Source: Balanoglossus misakiensis
Taxonomy: Eukaryota; Animalia; Hemichordata
Assembly (NCBI GenBank): GCA_040954595.2
Contig: JBECUI020000026.1
Span: 403,969 to 467,968 of the forward strand
Length of the DNA stretch: 64,000 nucleotides
Direction of reading: 5' to 3'
Position numbers and translations under genes: made by a program. The notes beneath the pieces are model-generated. The model saw only the letters and a list, made by a program, of their open reading frames with translations, had not been told where the DNA came from and made no database searches. This document shows, in pieces, positions 40,229 to 52,850 of this stretch; position 1 is the first letter of the stretch; each line of letters opens with the position of its first letter.

Positions 40229-43007
40229 GGGGGGACACCAACATCGTAGTCAGTGAGGTCATCTATGGTGGTGGGCGCGTCTTCCACTCGGCACTCCTCC
40301 GCGCACGCTTGGGGGATAAAAAATGCATCAAAAACCCCTGGCGCGTCCTCGCTCCCCCTGCGTCGATGGATTCTGTGCGACTGCTTCCGCCCCCGTCCTC
40401 TCTGGTTGCTGTGTCCGGATTGATGATGTTTTCCGGTGAGGTCGGATTTCCCGGAATTCTTCCTGTCGTGATTGGGATACCCACCTCAGCAGTATGCTAA
40501 GGACACGCCAGTGGATGAGAATCGCTGGTGTGGTGGGGGAGCTCAGTCGGAACCTGTTCGGCACCTCCCACCCCTGGAAGACGCACAGGCGCTTCATCAT
40601 CACCATGGACTCCGGTGAACAAAAGGATTCCGTAGGGATCCGTCCAGGTCCGCCCCTGCGGATATAGAAGTCTAGCAGGTCGGGTATTTCATTTCCTGGA
40701 CCACACAGCCAGTATAGGTGAGTTTCTCTAACGCCTCCACCGCGTCCCGCTCGCGGAATACTACCGGCTTCTCAGTAAAAATAACTGGAAGGTGGCACTG
40801 AAAGGCGTGTTTCTTCAGTTTGCGCGTGGACCTCCGGCCTCCCGGGAACGGACATGGAGAAGGGCCTGATGAGTAATGTGGAACAGAGGATAGGGGGCTC
40901 ATTCGGGCCGGCCTGGCGCTCCTCCAGCGGCGTTCGTCTTCTTTGGGCGGTTCCGGCGTCGGATACCGGATCGGTGATCGACGTCTGGGGCTGAGATCTC
41001 CCCAGCGTGAAAAGGATGGTCGTTCACGGGAAGGTGGGCGGTCCCGCCTTTCCTCTCGAGAACGCTCCGGTCGCGGCGACCGGGTTGGGGATCTGGACCT
41101 AGTAGGGCTGCCGGGGTGGCGTCGAAGTTCCCAGGGGATTAGATATTCCCCCGCCTCCAACGTCGCCTCCAGCTCCAATGGGTTGATCAGTGACTGCAGC
41201 GGCAGCATTTCTTGGCGTGGGGGTGATGGCTCCTGCAGCAGCCCTTGGTTTCCCCCGTCTCTCGCTACTGCTATTGGGGGTGATACACGGGTGCGGGGTG
41301 GGTCTGGCCCTTCCGACACCTCCATCGCCTGGTCCTTGTCGCCACCGAGTACCTGTTTTTCCAGCTGCGGATCCCGGAAGATGCTCAAAGTTTCCTCCAG
41401 GTCGTCAGCTGCGGTGGTGGTTCTTGTGGGCTCTTGCGGGGAGATATGGCCAACGAATCCCCCACGTACGCGGCCTGGATTGAACTCCCGAGGTAGTGTG
41501 CAGGTTTTTATGGCTGCGTCGGATGGTACGGGCAGGTTGGCTTCATTCTTTTCCTTCCCGTATACATGCATGGCCTCCTCCCGTACCGTGGACATCCATC
41601 CTATGTCGCCTAGAACCGTGGCTACTTGACAGTTCTCACGGAGCATCAGGAACAGTATTTTATGTCTCACCTCCACTTCAGTTGTCGCTGTTGTATTTAA
41701 TGTGGACGATGTTTTATATCTGTTGATAACCAATGGGCCTAGTTTAACTGTGGCACCTACATCCAGTGGCAGCGCTGTTTTCTCACCCCAAAGGTTGACT
41801 TCAGCATCTCTTGTGCCATCAGTTATGGTCAGTTTACGTCTCTTTGTAGAATTCGATGTATGTGTCACTGATTCATACTGTAGTGGAAATAAAATGGAAA
41901 ACATTGAATGTTAATAATTACGAGTAGTAAATGTTGTGGAGAAATAGTGCAAGAGTGGTTGTTTTTTGTCAGTTGCTTTTTAAAATTTGAACTGCAAAAT
42001 GATGAATCGATGGCAGTAATTTTGACCCGAGGTGAGTTGACAAGGCATGGTTGTATCATATAAATGGATTTTCAATGTACGTGATCGCATGGAGGCTGCC
42101 ATATTGGATTACATCCGAAGACCTTCCGATTAGGCTTCGGTTGAATTCGGGAAAGGTCTCTAAAATGTAATGGGTCATTCAATTTTGTAGAGTAAATTTC
42201 TAAAAATGTAGAAGATGGGAGGTTAAGATACCCAAAATGACTACGTCAAAAAAAAGGCCCATAAGTTTCGGGGTGCGATTATAACGTACCTTTGCTCTAT
42301 CATAGAGGCAAATGGTATTATCTCTTCCAGTGGAAAAGTTGCGGAGCTGTACGTATTCTCCCTTCTGTAATCTGTTCAGCCACTTCGGATTTTCTTTCCA
42401 GAATTTAAGTTCCAGAACGTTGCCATCCTGCTGCATACAAGGCACGCTAAACAGTTTGCCGTTGGCGGAATTCCGGATCTAGACTGTATCCTCAATGAGG
42501 CACAATTTCACTGCCACGCCTTGGCTGCATGGTTGCAGATGATGGAGCTAAGGTACGTAACAATCGCACCCCGAAACGCCTGGGCCCTTTTTTGTGTGTA
42601 GTCATTGTGGGTATGTTAACCTCCCATGTCCTACATTTTTAGAAATTTAGTATACAAAATTGGATGACCGATTATGTTTTAGAGACCTTTCCCGAATCCA
42701 CCTGAAGCCCAGTCGGAATGTCTTGGGATGTAACCTAAATTCAATATGGCCGCCTCCATGCGTTCACTTGCATTAAAAAAAAACGTTGATTTTATCTCCG
42801 AGTGGCGGTGTTTATCGTCAGTACCAATTGAAACGCGGCACTCGCTTACAGGTCGCATTTTTATTTTTGAGCGCGTTCTAATATTCTAGAAAGAAAAAAT
42901 GATAGTTTCGAGTACAGATTACATGTATTTTAAAACGAGGTTTGGTCACAATGGTATCACTACTAAATGACTTACAATCGATGTTTTTAATTGTCTTTGC
43001 ACCACAG

Positions 43008-43426
43008 TATGAATCCTGTGATGGTAAATCGCATTCAACTTAGAAGGCGTGGAGTAAGTGCAACTGATGGTAACTGGGATACCAAACTGAAACTTTTGGG
43101 AGAGAAAACCTTGCCATGCATGGACGTGGGTGGCACAGTTAAACTTGGGTTAAATACTACAGCGACAACTGAAGTCCCGGTGAGATATTATAAAATACTC
43201 TTACATCATAAAATTGAAATCCTACATGTCAATAATTTCATATTTTCACTAATGTTTAGCAAAAAACAACTGCTCTCAACAAACCTTACCCCTCCCCCTC
43301 TTGTATTGTCAGTGCTTTGTAATCTATCAGTAACAATCCATTTTTTTCTCTCAAGGTGTTAAAAGAACCTATAGCTACTGGTGATGACATGATACCGTCC
43401 ATGGGGTGTTGGAGGTAATACACTTT
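43008..43426 (+). pseudogene. Diverged paralogous exons of the OB-fold-like gene
   Basis: accacag|TATGAATC...ATDGNWDTKLKLLGEK..DVGGTVKLGLNTTATTEVP|gtgaga is homologous to 17341-17547 but frameshifted. The next exon starts at 43356. Confidence 0.65.
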
Positions 43427-43438
43427 GTAAGTATTAAC

Positions 43439-44424
43439 CAGTCAGGACGTAAGTGGGGTAATTACGGCGGTGAGATCAAAGAGATCTATTTGAATGTGAA
43501 AGTCGCTGAGTGGCAGTTACGGCCAGTTCGAAAAATTTTCAAACGGAGATTTTCGGTACTACAAGTGATCGTAGTGCACCCATTTTTCTAAGACGTGTAT
43601 GAAACACCATAGTCAATGATAGGATGATTTTTCGTGAAGTTTTAACGACGCTTTCCCGAGAAAGACAGTTTCGGTATGTTGGTTTAAATTGTGGTCCTTG
43701 ACTCTCGGCAAAGATTTCTTGTCTTGAAAAAAATTGGGTAGGTTAGGAAGATATTGAACTAAGTTACCGTGAAATTATAATAGTGTGAGCCGCTCCGTTG
43801 TGGAGTAATGACGGTGTAAAAATTGCCTTCGCCATCGACGAGTACAGCCGTGTTTGCCATATGTGTATGCATTGAAGTAGGTCAACGCATGTTAACCCAT
43901 GACGTAATGGCTTCCTTTTCAACGCGTCGTTATCTCTCATTAGCATATTACATAAGGAGTCTATACACTATTCACGCTGACTGACTTCTCAGGACTGACC
44001 TATGGCACAGTAAATTGTGGTCCTTGACTCTCGGCATGGATATATTCATGTCAAAATTATGAATAGAGGAGTTTAATAATGTTTCTAAAACCTGAGGGGG
44101 TTAATTTTTGTGTGGGTATGGCTGATATTTTTTTTTTGTAACTTCAAGGTCACTTTGAATTTCGTGATCACAATTTTGTCAGTGGAAGTAAAGAAATTCT
44201 TCTCGATAAAACTTCATGAAAAATCACATGTAGTACACTCATAGTACCAGTAATGTGCCTGGGGTGAAATAATTGTCAGAAATGGGTTGCTAGTTGCTTA
44301 ACTTTCGTTGTGAAAAAAGTTGAAAAACTGTATGCAAATGAGCAATTCAAACGTTACTGGCCAGTTCAAGTGTTTGCATTGCATGATCCCCTGCTGTTTA
44401 ATTATCCCACTTACGTCCTGACTG
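43439..44424. mobile_element. 986-bp non-autonomous TIR transposon with a 4-bp TSD (Academ/Sola-like, unassigned)
   Basis: TIRs CAGTCAGGACGTAAGTGGG / CCCACTTACGTCCTGACTG. TAAC duplicated at 43435 and 44425. Empty site gtatTAACtgcagt at 54111. Confidence 0.85.
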
Positions 44425-46082
44425 TAACTGCAGTAGTTGCTTACATCAGACTCCCACTATCTGCATGCAAGTTGTGGATGGATTTGCAGAGAGAGAGGCT
44501 AGTACACGGCACTCATGTGGACCTGCACTACCACATTTCTATTCAACATCAGGTCTCTGAGTAAAAAGATGGCCATGTAAATTTTCTCTAAGTCTGTTAG
44601 AGAAATAAAGTACAACTTTAGTGTTTCACTAATTGAGTTTCAGTGTTCTTGTATTGTCTCGTTTGCCCCATGCCAACCTCAAAGTAAACGTCAAATTTGC
44701 CATTTTTGACTTATTTGTCCTTGTAGTGGGCCACATAGCATTTTAGTGCAACTTATGAAAATCTGAAGAACCAAATGCCTAATTTACCCACTCTGCACAG
44801 ATTTATTTCAATGGTACAGACTTGATGATCAGTATAGCGCCCTCTGTGGTAGTATTGGGGGGGGGGTTAACCTAGCCTTTGTATGTTTATCCCTGTCCGG
44901 TTCCATTCCACTTGTATCTATGGTAACCTAATTATCAGCAGTAAAGGCCACAGCTTTGAAACAGTTTTAATATCAAGCACTCTGAATTACACGGCCATTC
45001 TCATTGGTGCATATAGTGTAGTCACGTTGTATTTTACTGCAACTGGTGAAAGTCTCCTAAAAAACCAAATGTGTCTTTACCCACTGTGCACAGAGTATTT
45101 GAAGGATACTCAGTTGATGGTCATATAGTATAGCGCCCTCTGTGGTAGTATTTTGATTATGGAGGTGGGGTTAAATCTTGTCTTTGCATATGTTTATCCC
45201 TGTCATGTTGCATTGGGCTTGTATCTATGGTAACCTAATTATCAGCAGTAAAGGCCACAACTATGAAACAGTTTTAATATCAAGCACTCTCTGAATTACA
45301 TGGCCATTCTCATTGGTGTATATAGTGTAGTCACGTTGTATTTTACTACAACTGATGAAAGTCTCCTAAAAAACCAAATGTGTCTTTACCCACTGTGCAC
45401 AGAGTATTTGAATGATACTCAGTTGATGGTCATATAGTATAGCGCCCTCTGTGGTAGTATTTTGATTATGGAGGTGGGGTTTAATCTTGTCTTTGCATAT
45501 GTTTATCCCTGTCATGTTGCATTGGGCTTGTATCTATGGTAACCTAATTATCAGCAGTAAAGGCCACAACTATGAAACAGTTTTAATATCAAGCACTCTC
45601 TGAATTACATGGCCATTCTCATTGGTGTATATAGTGTAGTCACGTTGTATTTTACTGCAACTGATGAAAGTCTCCTAAAAAAACAAATAAGTCTTTACCC
45701 ACTGTGCACAGAGTATTTGAATGATACTCAGTTGATGGTCATATAGTATAGCGCCCTCTGTGGTAGTATTTTGATTATGGAGGTGGGGTTTAATCTTGTC
45801 TTTGCATATGTTTATCCCTGTCATGTTGCATTGGGCTTGTATCTATGGTAACCTAATTATCAGCAGTAAAGGCCACAACTATGAAACAGTTTTAATATCA
45901 AGCACTCTCTGAATTACATGGCGATTCTCATTGGTGTATATAGTGTAGTCACGTTGTATTTTACTACAACTGATGAAAGTCTCCTAAAAAACCAAATGTG
46001 TGTTTACCCACTGTGCACAGAGTATTTGAATGATACTCAGTTGATGGTCATATAGTATAGCACTCTCTGTGGTAGTATTTTG

Positions 46083-47222
46083 GTCTCTCAGATACTGTTC
46101 TCATGTGGTTTAAGTCATACCTTTCCAATCGTAGTCAGTGTGTACTTGTAAATTCCACCCAATCACCTTTCTATCGGCTCGACACTGGGGTACCACAGGG
46201 ATCAGTTCTTGGTCCCATACTTTTCAATATGTACCCGTCTCCATTTGGTGAATTAGTTCAAAGTCATGGTTGTCTTTATAGTTTTTATGCAGATGACTCT
46301 TCACTTTATATGTCTTTTAGTAAAGACAACGCAGCAAGAACTGTTTCAAATCTTGAACTTTGTATATCCGATGTTAGGTTTTGGATGTCTGAAAACTTCT
46401 TGTGCTTATACGATGATAAGACTGAATTTGTTATTTTCTTTGGTATTTCAGGTGATCTGTCTGCTAGAGGGATTTCAGAAATTCGTGTTGGCGATTCTCT
46501 GATTCCTGTCCATTGTCAGGCTAAGAGCCTTGGTGTGATCCTTGACTCTTGTCTGACAATGAAGCCACATATTGGACAGATCTGCCGCTCTGCCACTTTT
46601 CATTTACGTCGCATTGCGCTTATCCGCAAATATTTATCTCATTCTGCTACAGAGCAATTAGTTCATGCATTCATTACTTCTCGAATTGATTCATGTAATT
46701 CACTTTTATTTGGGCTCCCGAAGTATTCAATCAACCGTATCCAACGCGTTCAGAATATTGCTGCTAGAATTGTTACTCATTCAAAAATCACCTGTCACAT
46801 CACTCCAATTTTGTATCAGTTGCACTGGCTACCTGTTACACAGCGTATTGTTTTTAAGATGTTAGTTCTCATTTTTAAATCCATTCATAAACTTGGTCCA
46901 ATCTATCTTTCTAGCATGACTAATCTATATGTTCCGTGTCGCAATTTAAGGTCAGCTGATCAGTTCAAACTCTGCCTTGTTCGATCACGCACCAAGAGTT
47001 ATGGTGATCGTGCTTTTACTGTTGCTGCTCCAATTCTTTGGAATAATCTTCCACTTACCATTCGCCAGGCACCAGACTTATCTGTTTTTAAATCAAATGT
47101 TAAAACTTTACTTTTTAAATCTGTTTTTTAGCCATTTGTTGTATTGTACTTTTGCTTTAAGCGTCATTGATCACATTTTTGTGGATACTGACACTATACA
47201 AATAAATTATTATTATTATTAT
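46083..47222 (+). mobile_element. 5'-truncated L2/CR1-group LINE
   Basis: RT C-terminal half, AATAAA followed by an (ATT)n tail, and a TATTTTG duplication at 46076-46082 and 47223-47229. Confidence 0.92.
46103..47131 (+). pseudogene. LINE reverse transcriptase C-terminal fragment (342 aa open)
   Basis: GVPQGSVLGPILF, FYADD, LGVILD, ITPILYQLHWLPV..RI.FK. Confidence 0.9.
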
Positions 47223-48115
47223 TATTTTGATTACAGAGGTGGGGTTTAATCTTGCCTTTGCATATGTTTATCCCTGTCCTGTTGCATTGGGCTTGTATCT
47301 ATGGTAACCTATTATCAGCAGTAAAGGCCACAACTATGAAACAGTTTTAATATCAAGCACTCTCTGAATTACACGGCCATTCTCATTGGTGTATATAGTG
47401 TAGTCACGTTGTATTTTACTGCAACTGATGAAAGTCTCCTAAAAAAACAAATGTGTCTTTACCCACTGTGCACAGAGTATTTGAATGATACTCAGTTGAT
47501 GGTCATATAGTATAGCGCCCTCTGCGGTAGTATTTTGATTATGGAGGTGGGGTTTAATCTTGTCTTTGCATATGTTTATGCCTGTCCTGTTGCATTGGGC
47601 TTGTATCTATGGTAAACTAATTATCAGCAGTAAAGGCCACAACTATGATACAGTTTTAATATCAAGCACTCTCTGAATTACATGGCCATTCTCATTGGTG
47701 TATATAGTGTAGTCACGTTGTATTTTACTGCAACTGATGAAAGTCTCCTAAAAAAAACAAATGTGTATTTACCCACTGTGCACAGAGTATTTGAATGATA
47801 CTCAGTTGATGGTCATATAGTATAGCACCCTCTGTGGTAGTATTTGGATGATAGGGGAAGGGGTAACCTACCTTTTCTATACATGTATATGGTTATCCCT
47901 TTTCTATTGCATTCCGCTTGTATCTATGGAAACCTAATTATCAGCAGTGAATGCCAAATTGTAAAACAGCAACATATTTATTATCAAACACTGTATGGAA
48001 TTGAATATACACAATATGTTTTGTGTGTTTGCTGGCTACATACATGCATAAATACGTACATACATATATTACACTCATACTCAAACACACAGCTAATGGA
48101 CTCTTTTTTTCATCA

Positions 48116-48186
48116 TCCCCACCAGTTATCGAACCTGGATCTCTTATCACAAAGTGACAAGTGTGTTAACCATTACACCATGAGGA
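48116..48186 (-). pseudogene. tRNA-like element (inverted copy)
   Basis: Reverse complement of 52530-52600 with a few changes; A and B boxes present. Confidence 0.55.
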
Positions 48187-50627
48187 TTTTTTATCTCCAC
48201 TAACTGCCAACACAATTGCACATTCACTCACTGACATATTCAACTAACACACCAGTTTCTTTATTTCAAAAAGTACACAGTAAAACATCACAAATGACAA
48301 GACAGGGGTATCAGGAATCACACAAATCATACTCAAATTTTTACTGAAGCCATTGCTGTAAGATTGCTGTAAGTAATGGCACTATTCAATGGTGTTAACA
48401 CCACATAGCATAATGATGTACTGCACACATTCAAGTCACATACCTTTTTGAAGTATTAATAAACACTGATTCTATGAACTGTTAAAATTATTTTTTCTTA
48501 CATCATCCCTGAATACCAAATTTCAAACAAATTAGGCTAGTGCTTTCACATGTTAACACACAATGCATGGCACTGGACAATCATCCTATCCGATCTGAAA
48601 CCTCAGTGTCACTTACCACAAAACTAAACACGTTATCTACAAATGATTTACGAAACTAATTCGTACACGACACAATACACATTTGAGTGTGTTGATCTCT
48701 TAGTTTGTACATGATACTTTGCACTGATGTACACCAACACTCACCTTGAGAACTCTTTGGTAGCCAAAACTGTCAAGAAAATAAACAAAACTTTTAAATT
48801 AAATCATTAAGTATAATTGTGTATTTAAACAAGTACATCAAGATATACACTTGCCTGCATAACACGCACCTCTCAATAGCCATAATGTATCAATGTCGAG
48901 ATGACATCACTCCAAGTACAAGATAGCGAATGATGATTTTTTTACAATAACCCCACTACTTAAACAGGACAACAAATTACAATGAATTCACTATCAACCT
49001 TGTGATATTCAGAAAATCAATTCTTGGTCACATAAATTGTCCTGTCCACAAAATGGTTTCATGGCATCAAAATATGTTAACAAGTCAACTCTACTTTTCA
49101 TGCTCCAACCAGATTTCATTGTCTATGTTTTTAACATGCCTGTCACGACTAGAAAGCATACACACTAAACAGAGTGGTCACCAGCATAATTTGGCCAATT
49201 CTATGCTTGTCCTCACATTCTTACGAACAATTCAGATGTCAAATTATCTAGCAATGTTTCTGTTATGTACTCACACAGATTGTTCCATATTTGAAGCAAA
49301 TAATTATCAAAAACAAATTGATTACCCTGATATAAATTCCAATGAAAACCTTAAGGCTTTTGGTCATGTAAACATACAATATTAACAGAAAAAATAATGG
49401 AAAATACAATCCATTTTTACTACTGTTTATTTTTTGACAAATACATATAAGAGACATGGAAACTATTGAAGTACACATCCCAAAATAATATCCTACCACT
49501 GCTTGTACGTTTCATACACACGATACAAGACCGATCGCCCGAATTCAGCAGATTCACTTGCCTAAAACCGTTTCTAAATAATCATATGTACCTCTATACA
49601 CTCCAAAAATAAGCTTAATTTCAACTTGTATGGAATGAAATAGAAACTCCGATGTACCCAGCCTCTGATGTTTCTATTCCTTCAAGCAAACTTCACCATC
49701 TTAACATATATACAATTTGCCAAAACATGCATACAAACGAAACCCTTTCAGTATATAACGACAACCGCCATATTGGATGTCGCTCGACACAAAAATAAAA
49801 AAAGCCTGACAAAACTGCCATCGCCTCATACACAATTAAAATCACACTACCATTAGATAAAACACAACTACATAACCAATACCATCAACTCTTACACGTT
49901 CAAACCACCGATTCTGTCATTTATACTCATTAAAAATAACCACGAGAATATACACATATCCCACTAACCTATATTCAGCTGCTGAACAACAAGAGCACTT
50001 GATTCGTTTTCGGATGTGACTACGTGCAACAACATACACATCACCATCACATTCGCGTTGGGATTCAAGACAGTTTCAATATCTCAAGAAGCAATACAAC
50101 GAGAAGACCTTCTCGGGATTTTATGCACATCCTGTTGGATATCGCTGCCAAATGTCCACAGATGATAAAACATGATACCAGAATGTTGTATTGGGGACAA
50201 CCATCAAATGTTCCCGTGCCAGCGCCCTCTATATTCTAGAAACCCTGGTATATCTCAAGAAACATTACCATTTTTAATTATTTTTAAAAGCAAAAGCAAG
50301 TTGTCATTTTATTTGTACAATTATTTCTCTATATTAAACAAGTATACATAAACACTAAAACATGTTTTGCCATGTTAACATAAATTTATGACCATTTTAA
50401 AATACTATATAGCTTATATTTATTAAAGTACAAATTCAGATGTTTTTCATTTTTAACCATTTCCACAATCAAAATGAAAAAAAAATCGCATTAATAGTAC
50501 ATTGGGTTATATTGGATATCATTATGTAAAACTGAAGAGTCACTATGGCATGGAAACTACTGAGATATGTGGTAGAAAACCAAAATGCCCAACAAATATA
50601 CACAGTGTGTGTTGTGTGTTAGATAGG

Positions 50628-50830
50628 TACATACATACATACATACATATCATACATACATACATACATACATACATACATACATACATACATACATACA
50701 TACATGCATGCATGCATGCATGCATGCATGCATGCATGCATGCATGCATACATACATACATACATACATACATACATACATACATACATACATACAATGT
50801 ACATACATACATACATACATACATGCATGC
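50628..50830 (+). repeat. (TACA)n/(TGCA)n compound microsatellite
   Basis: Seen directly; it and its flank are an inverted copy of 52637-52880. Confidence 0.97.
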
Positions 50831-52018
50831 GCCCTGTATTGACCAAATACCGTCGTGCAAGCTCATGTACAAGCTATTTCTTTATGCCTGAACAAAAATT
50901 GACCAAATTCTACACATTTTGAAGAAAAGTTGTACAAAGACTACAATATACTAATGGGCTATATTCTCAAAACAGATATATTACCACAAATACTACTAGG
51001 GATTGTGTAGTGGTTTCTTTCTCACTATAAGACATATGATATCTGATATCAACCATACAAACAATATCAATCTTCTTACACACATACATACATTCATACT
51101 TACACAAAAAGCATAAAACACCAATTTATTTTATATAGCCTTATATTAATTTATTTCAATTGTGAAAATAGACACACATACAAAAAAGAACAGAAAAACA
51201 ATCACAGTATCTGGTTTATGAAATAAAAAAGACCAAACAAGCAATTGCTTCCGAAATAACATATTCCACATTCTGTCACAAATTGAGCAAATTCCAGTAA
51301 AATCAACCCCAAGGACCTACACACTAAATTTCAAAGTAATTGTACAAAGAATTTAACTAAACACAACTAAAATTGATCAAAAATTACACATTTCACCACA
51401 ATTTACATAAACTCTACCAACTTCACCCTAGGAACCTGCATACTAAATTTCAAAGTAATTGGCCCCGTGGTTTCAGTAAAGAAAAGTGACAGACAGTGAC
51501 ACCACTCACCCAATAAGACAATCACCCAATCTAATAAGCTCAACATAACTGACAACACAGCTAAACAGTTCACCGACAATATAAATACAATTGTGTACAT
51601 TTCACAAATGACAATATTAGCCTTTTAGTCACCTCTGACTCTAATGTAAAGTACATTATGGTAACTGTTCATTGAAATGTTTCTGGGAAATGTTTACTAA
51701 GGCTATTTAATATCTTCTAGTTTTTTTTTATAACACATGGTTTCTCTTGCAATTCCTCTTTCAGTAAACAGGATAAACTTTCTACACCATTACACTTATA
51801 TGCTACTGCCAAATGGAAGTAATCTAATCCTGTAGTAGCTATAAAGCAGCATTGTCAGGGCCCAAGCAACATGATGAAAAAAGGTGAAAGCACAAGTTAT
51901 AGTTACTCAAACTTTTACCAGAAAATTTTGATAGATCATATTGGTTCACGTCCAAGCAAATCGGACTTCTAACCATATTGGTTAGCTTACAATTTGATAA
52001 GTATATAAATTAAAGGGA

Positions 52019-52295
52019 CCCTTTTCCATTAATTATGTTTGATGCAAGACACCATTTATGTTAATGTACATGTGGATATATAGTGAATCAACATTCAACA
52101 ACACACACTGCTTGTAGACACGAGAGTGAAAAATCTTGCCAAAATGAATAATTGGTCTTTACCATTTATTCATTTTGGGCGAGTTTTTACTGTCATATCC
52201 TACAAACGGGATGGAAGCTGTGTGTGGTCGAACGTTGATTCACTATATATCCACATTAACAGTCTCTTGTATCACACATAATTATTAAAAAAGGG
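52019..52295. mobile_element. Hairpin MITE; half copy at ~63543-63682
   Basis: atgtggatatatagtgaatcaac / gttgattcactatatatccacat and ccaaaatgaataa / ttattcattttgg pair around a short loop. Confidence 0.7.
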
Positions 52296-52529
52296 CAGCA
52301 AAGAGACTTTCTGCCTTTAATAAGCTAATAAAAGTGTTAGACTGCATTGGCTGCTCTATAATACCATATAGCAATGCAGTAACTCCTGTGGATGCCAATT
52401 TCTGACTCTCTGTTATTTCTCACATGCATTTGTGAATTTTTATTGAAATAAAAAAACTGGTGTGTTGAATATGTCAGTGAGTGAATGTGCAATTGGACAG
52501 TGTGTTGGCAGTTAGTGGAGATAAAACAA

Positions 52530-52600
52530 TCCTCATGGTGTAATGGTTAACGCACTTGTCACTTTGTGATAAGGGATCCTGGTTCGATTCCTGGTGAGGA
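52530..52600 (+). pseudogene. tRNA-derived element (tRNA-Gln-like pseudogene or SINE head)
   Basis: Acceptor stem TCCTCAT/GTGAGGA, A box TGGTGTAATGG, B box GGTTCGATTCC, anticodon-like hairpin around CTTTG. Confidence 0.6.
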
Positions 52601-52636
52601 TGATAAAAAAGGAGTCCATTTGCTGTGTGTTTTCCA

Positions 52637-52850
52637 TGTATGTATGTATGTATGTATGTATGTATGTATGTATGCATGCATGCATGCATGCATGCATGCA
52701 TGTATGTATGTATGTATGTATGTATGTATGTATGTATGTATGTATGTATGTATGCATGCATGCATGCATGCATGCATGCATGTATGTATGTATGTATGTA
52801 TGTATGTATGTATGTATGTATGTATATATGTATGTATGTATGTATGTATG
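52637..52850 (+). repeat. (TATG)n/(CATG)n compound microsatellite
   Basis: Seen directly. Confidence 0.97.

Larger units (their letters stand above)
24947..42125 (+). repeat. Segmental duplication, copy B
   Basis: Collinear with 1..~17795. The offset shrinks to 24330 after the copy-A MITE. Mismatch density rises from ~42125. Confidence 0.95.
44830..47845 (+). repeat. Tandem repeat, ~309-bp unit, about six units, interrupted by a LINE
   Basis: Anchor tagcgccctctgtggtagtatt at 44835, 45131, 45440, 45749, 46058, 47513 and 47823. Confidence 0.95.

Noticed and set aside
44830-47845. CRISPR-like array or RT-plus-array system
   Set aside because: Units are 309 bp with no unique spacers. The RT is a 5'-truncated LINE with a tail and TSD, and there are no cas genes in this eukaryotic context.
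52530-52600. Functional tRNA gene
   Set aside because: T-stem mismatch, non-standard anticodon arm and location inside a repeat.
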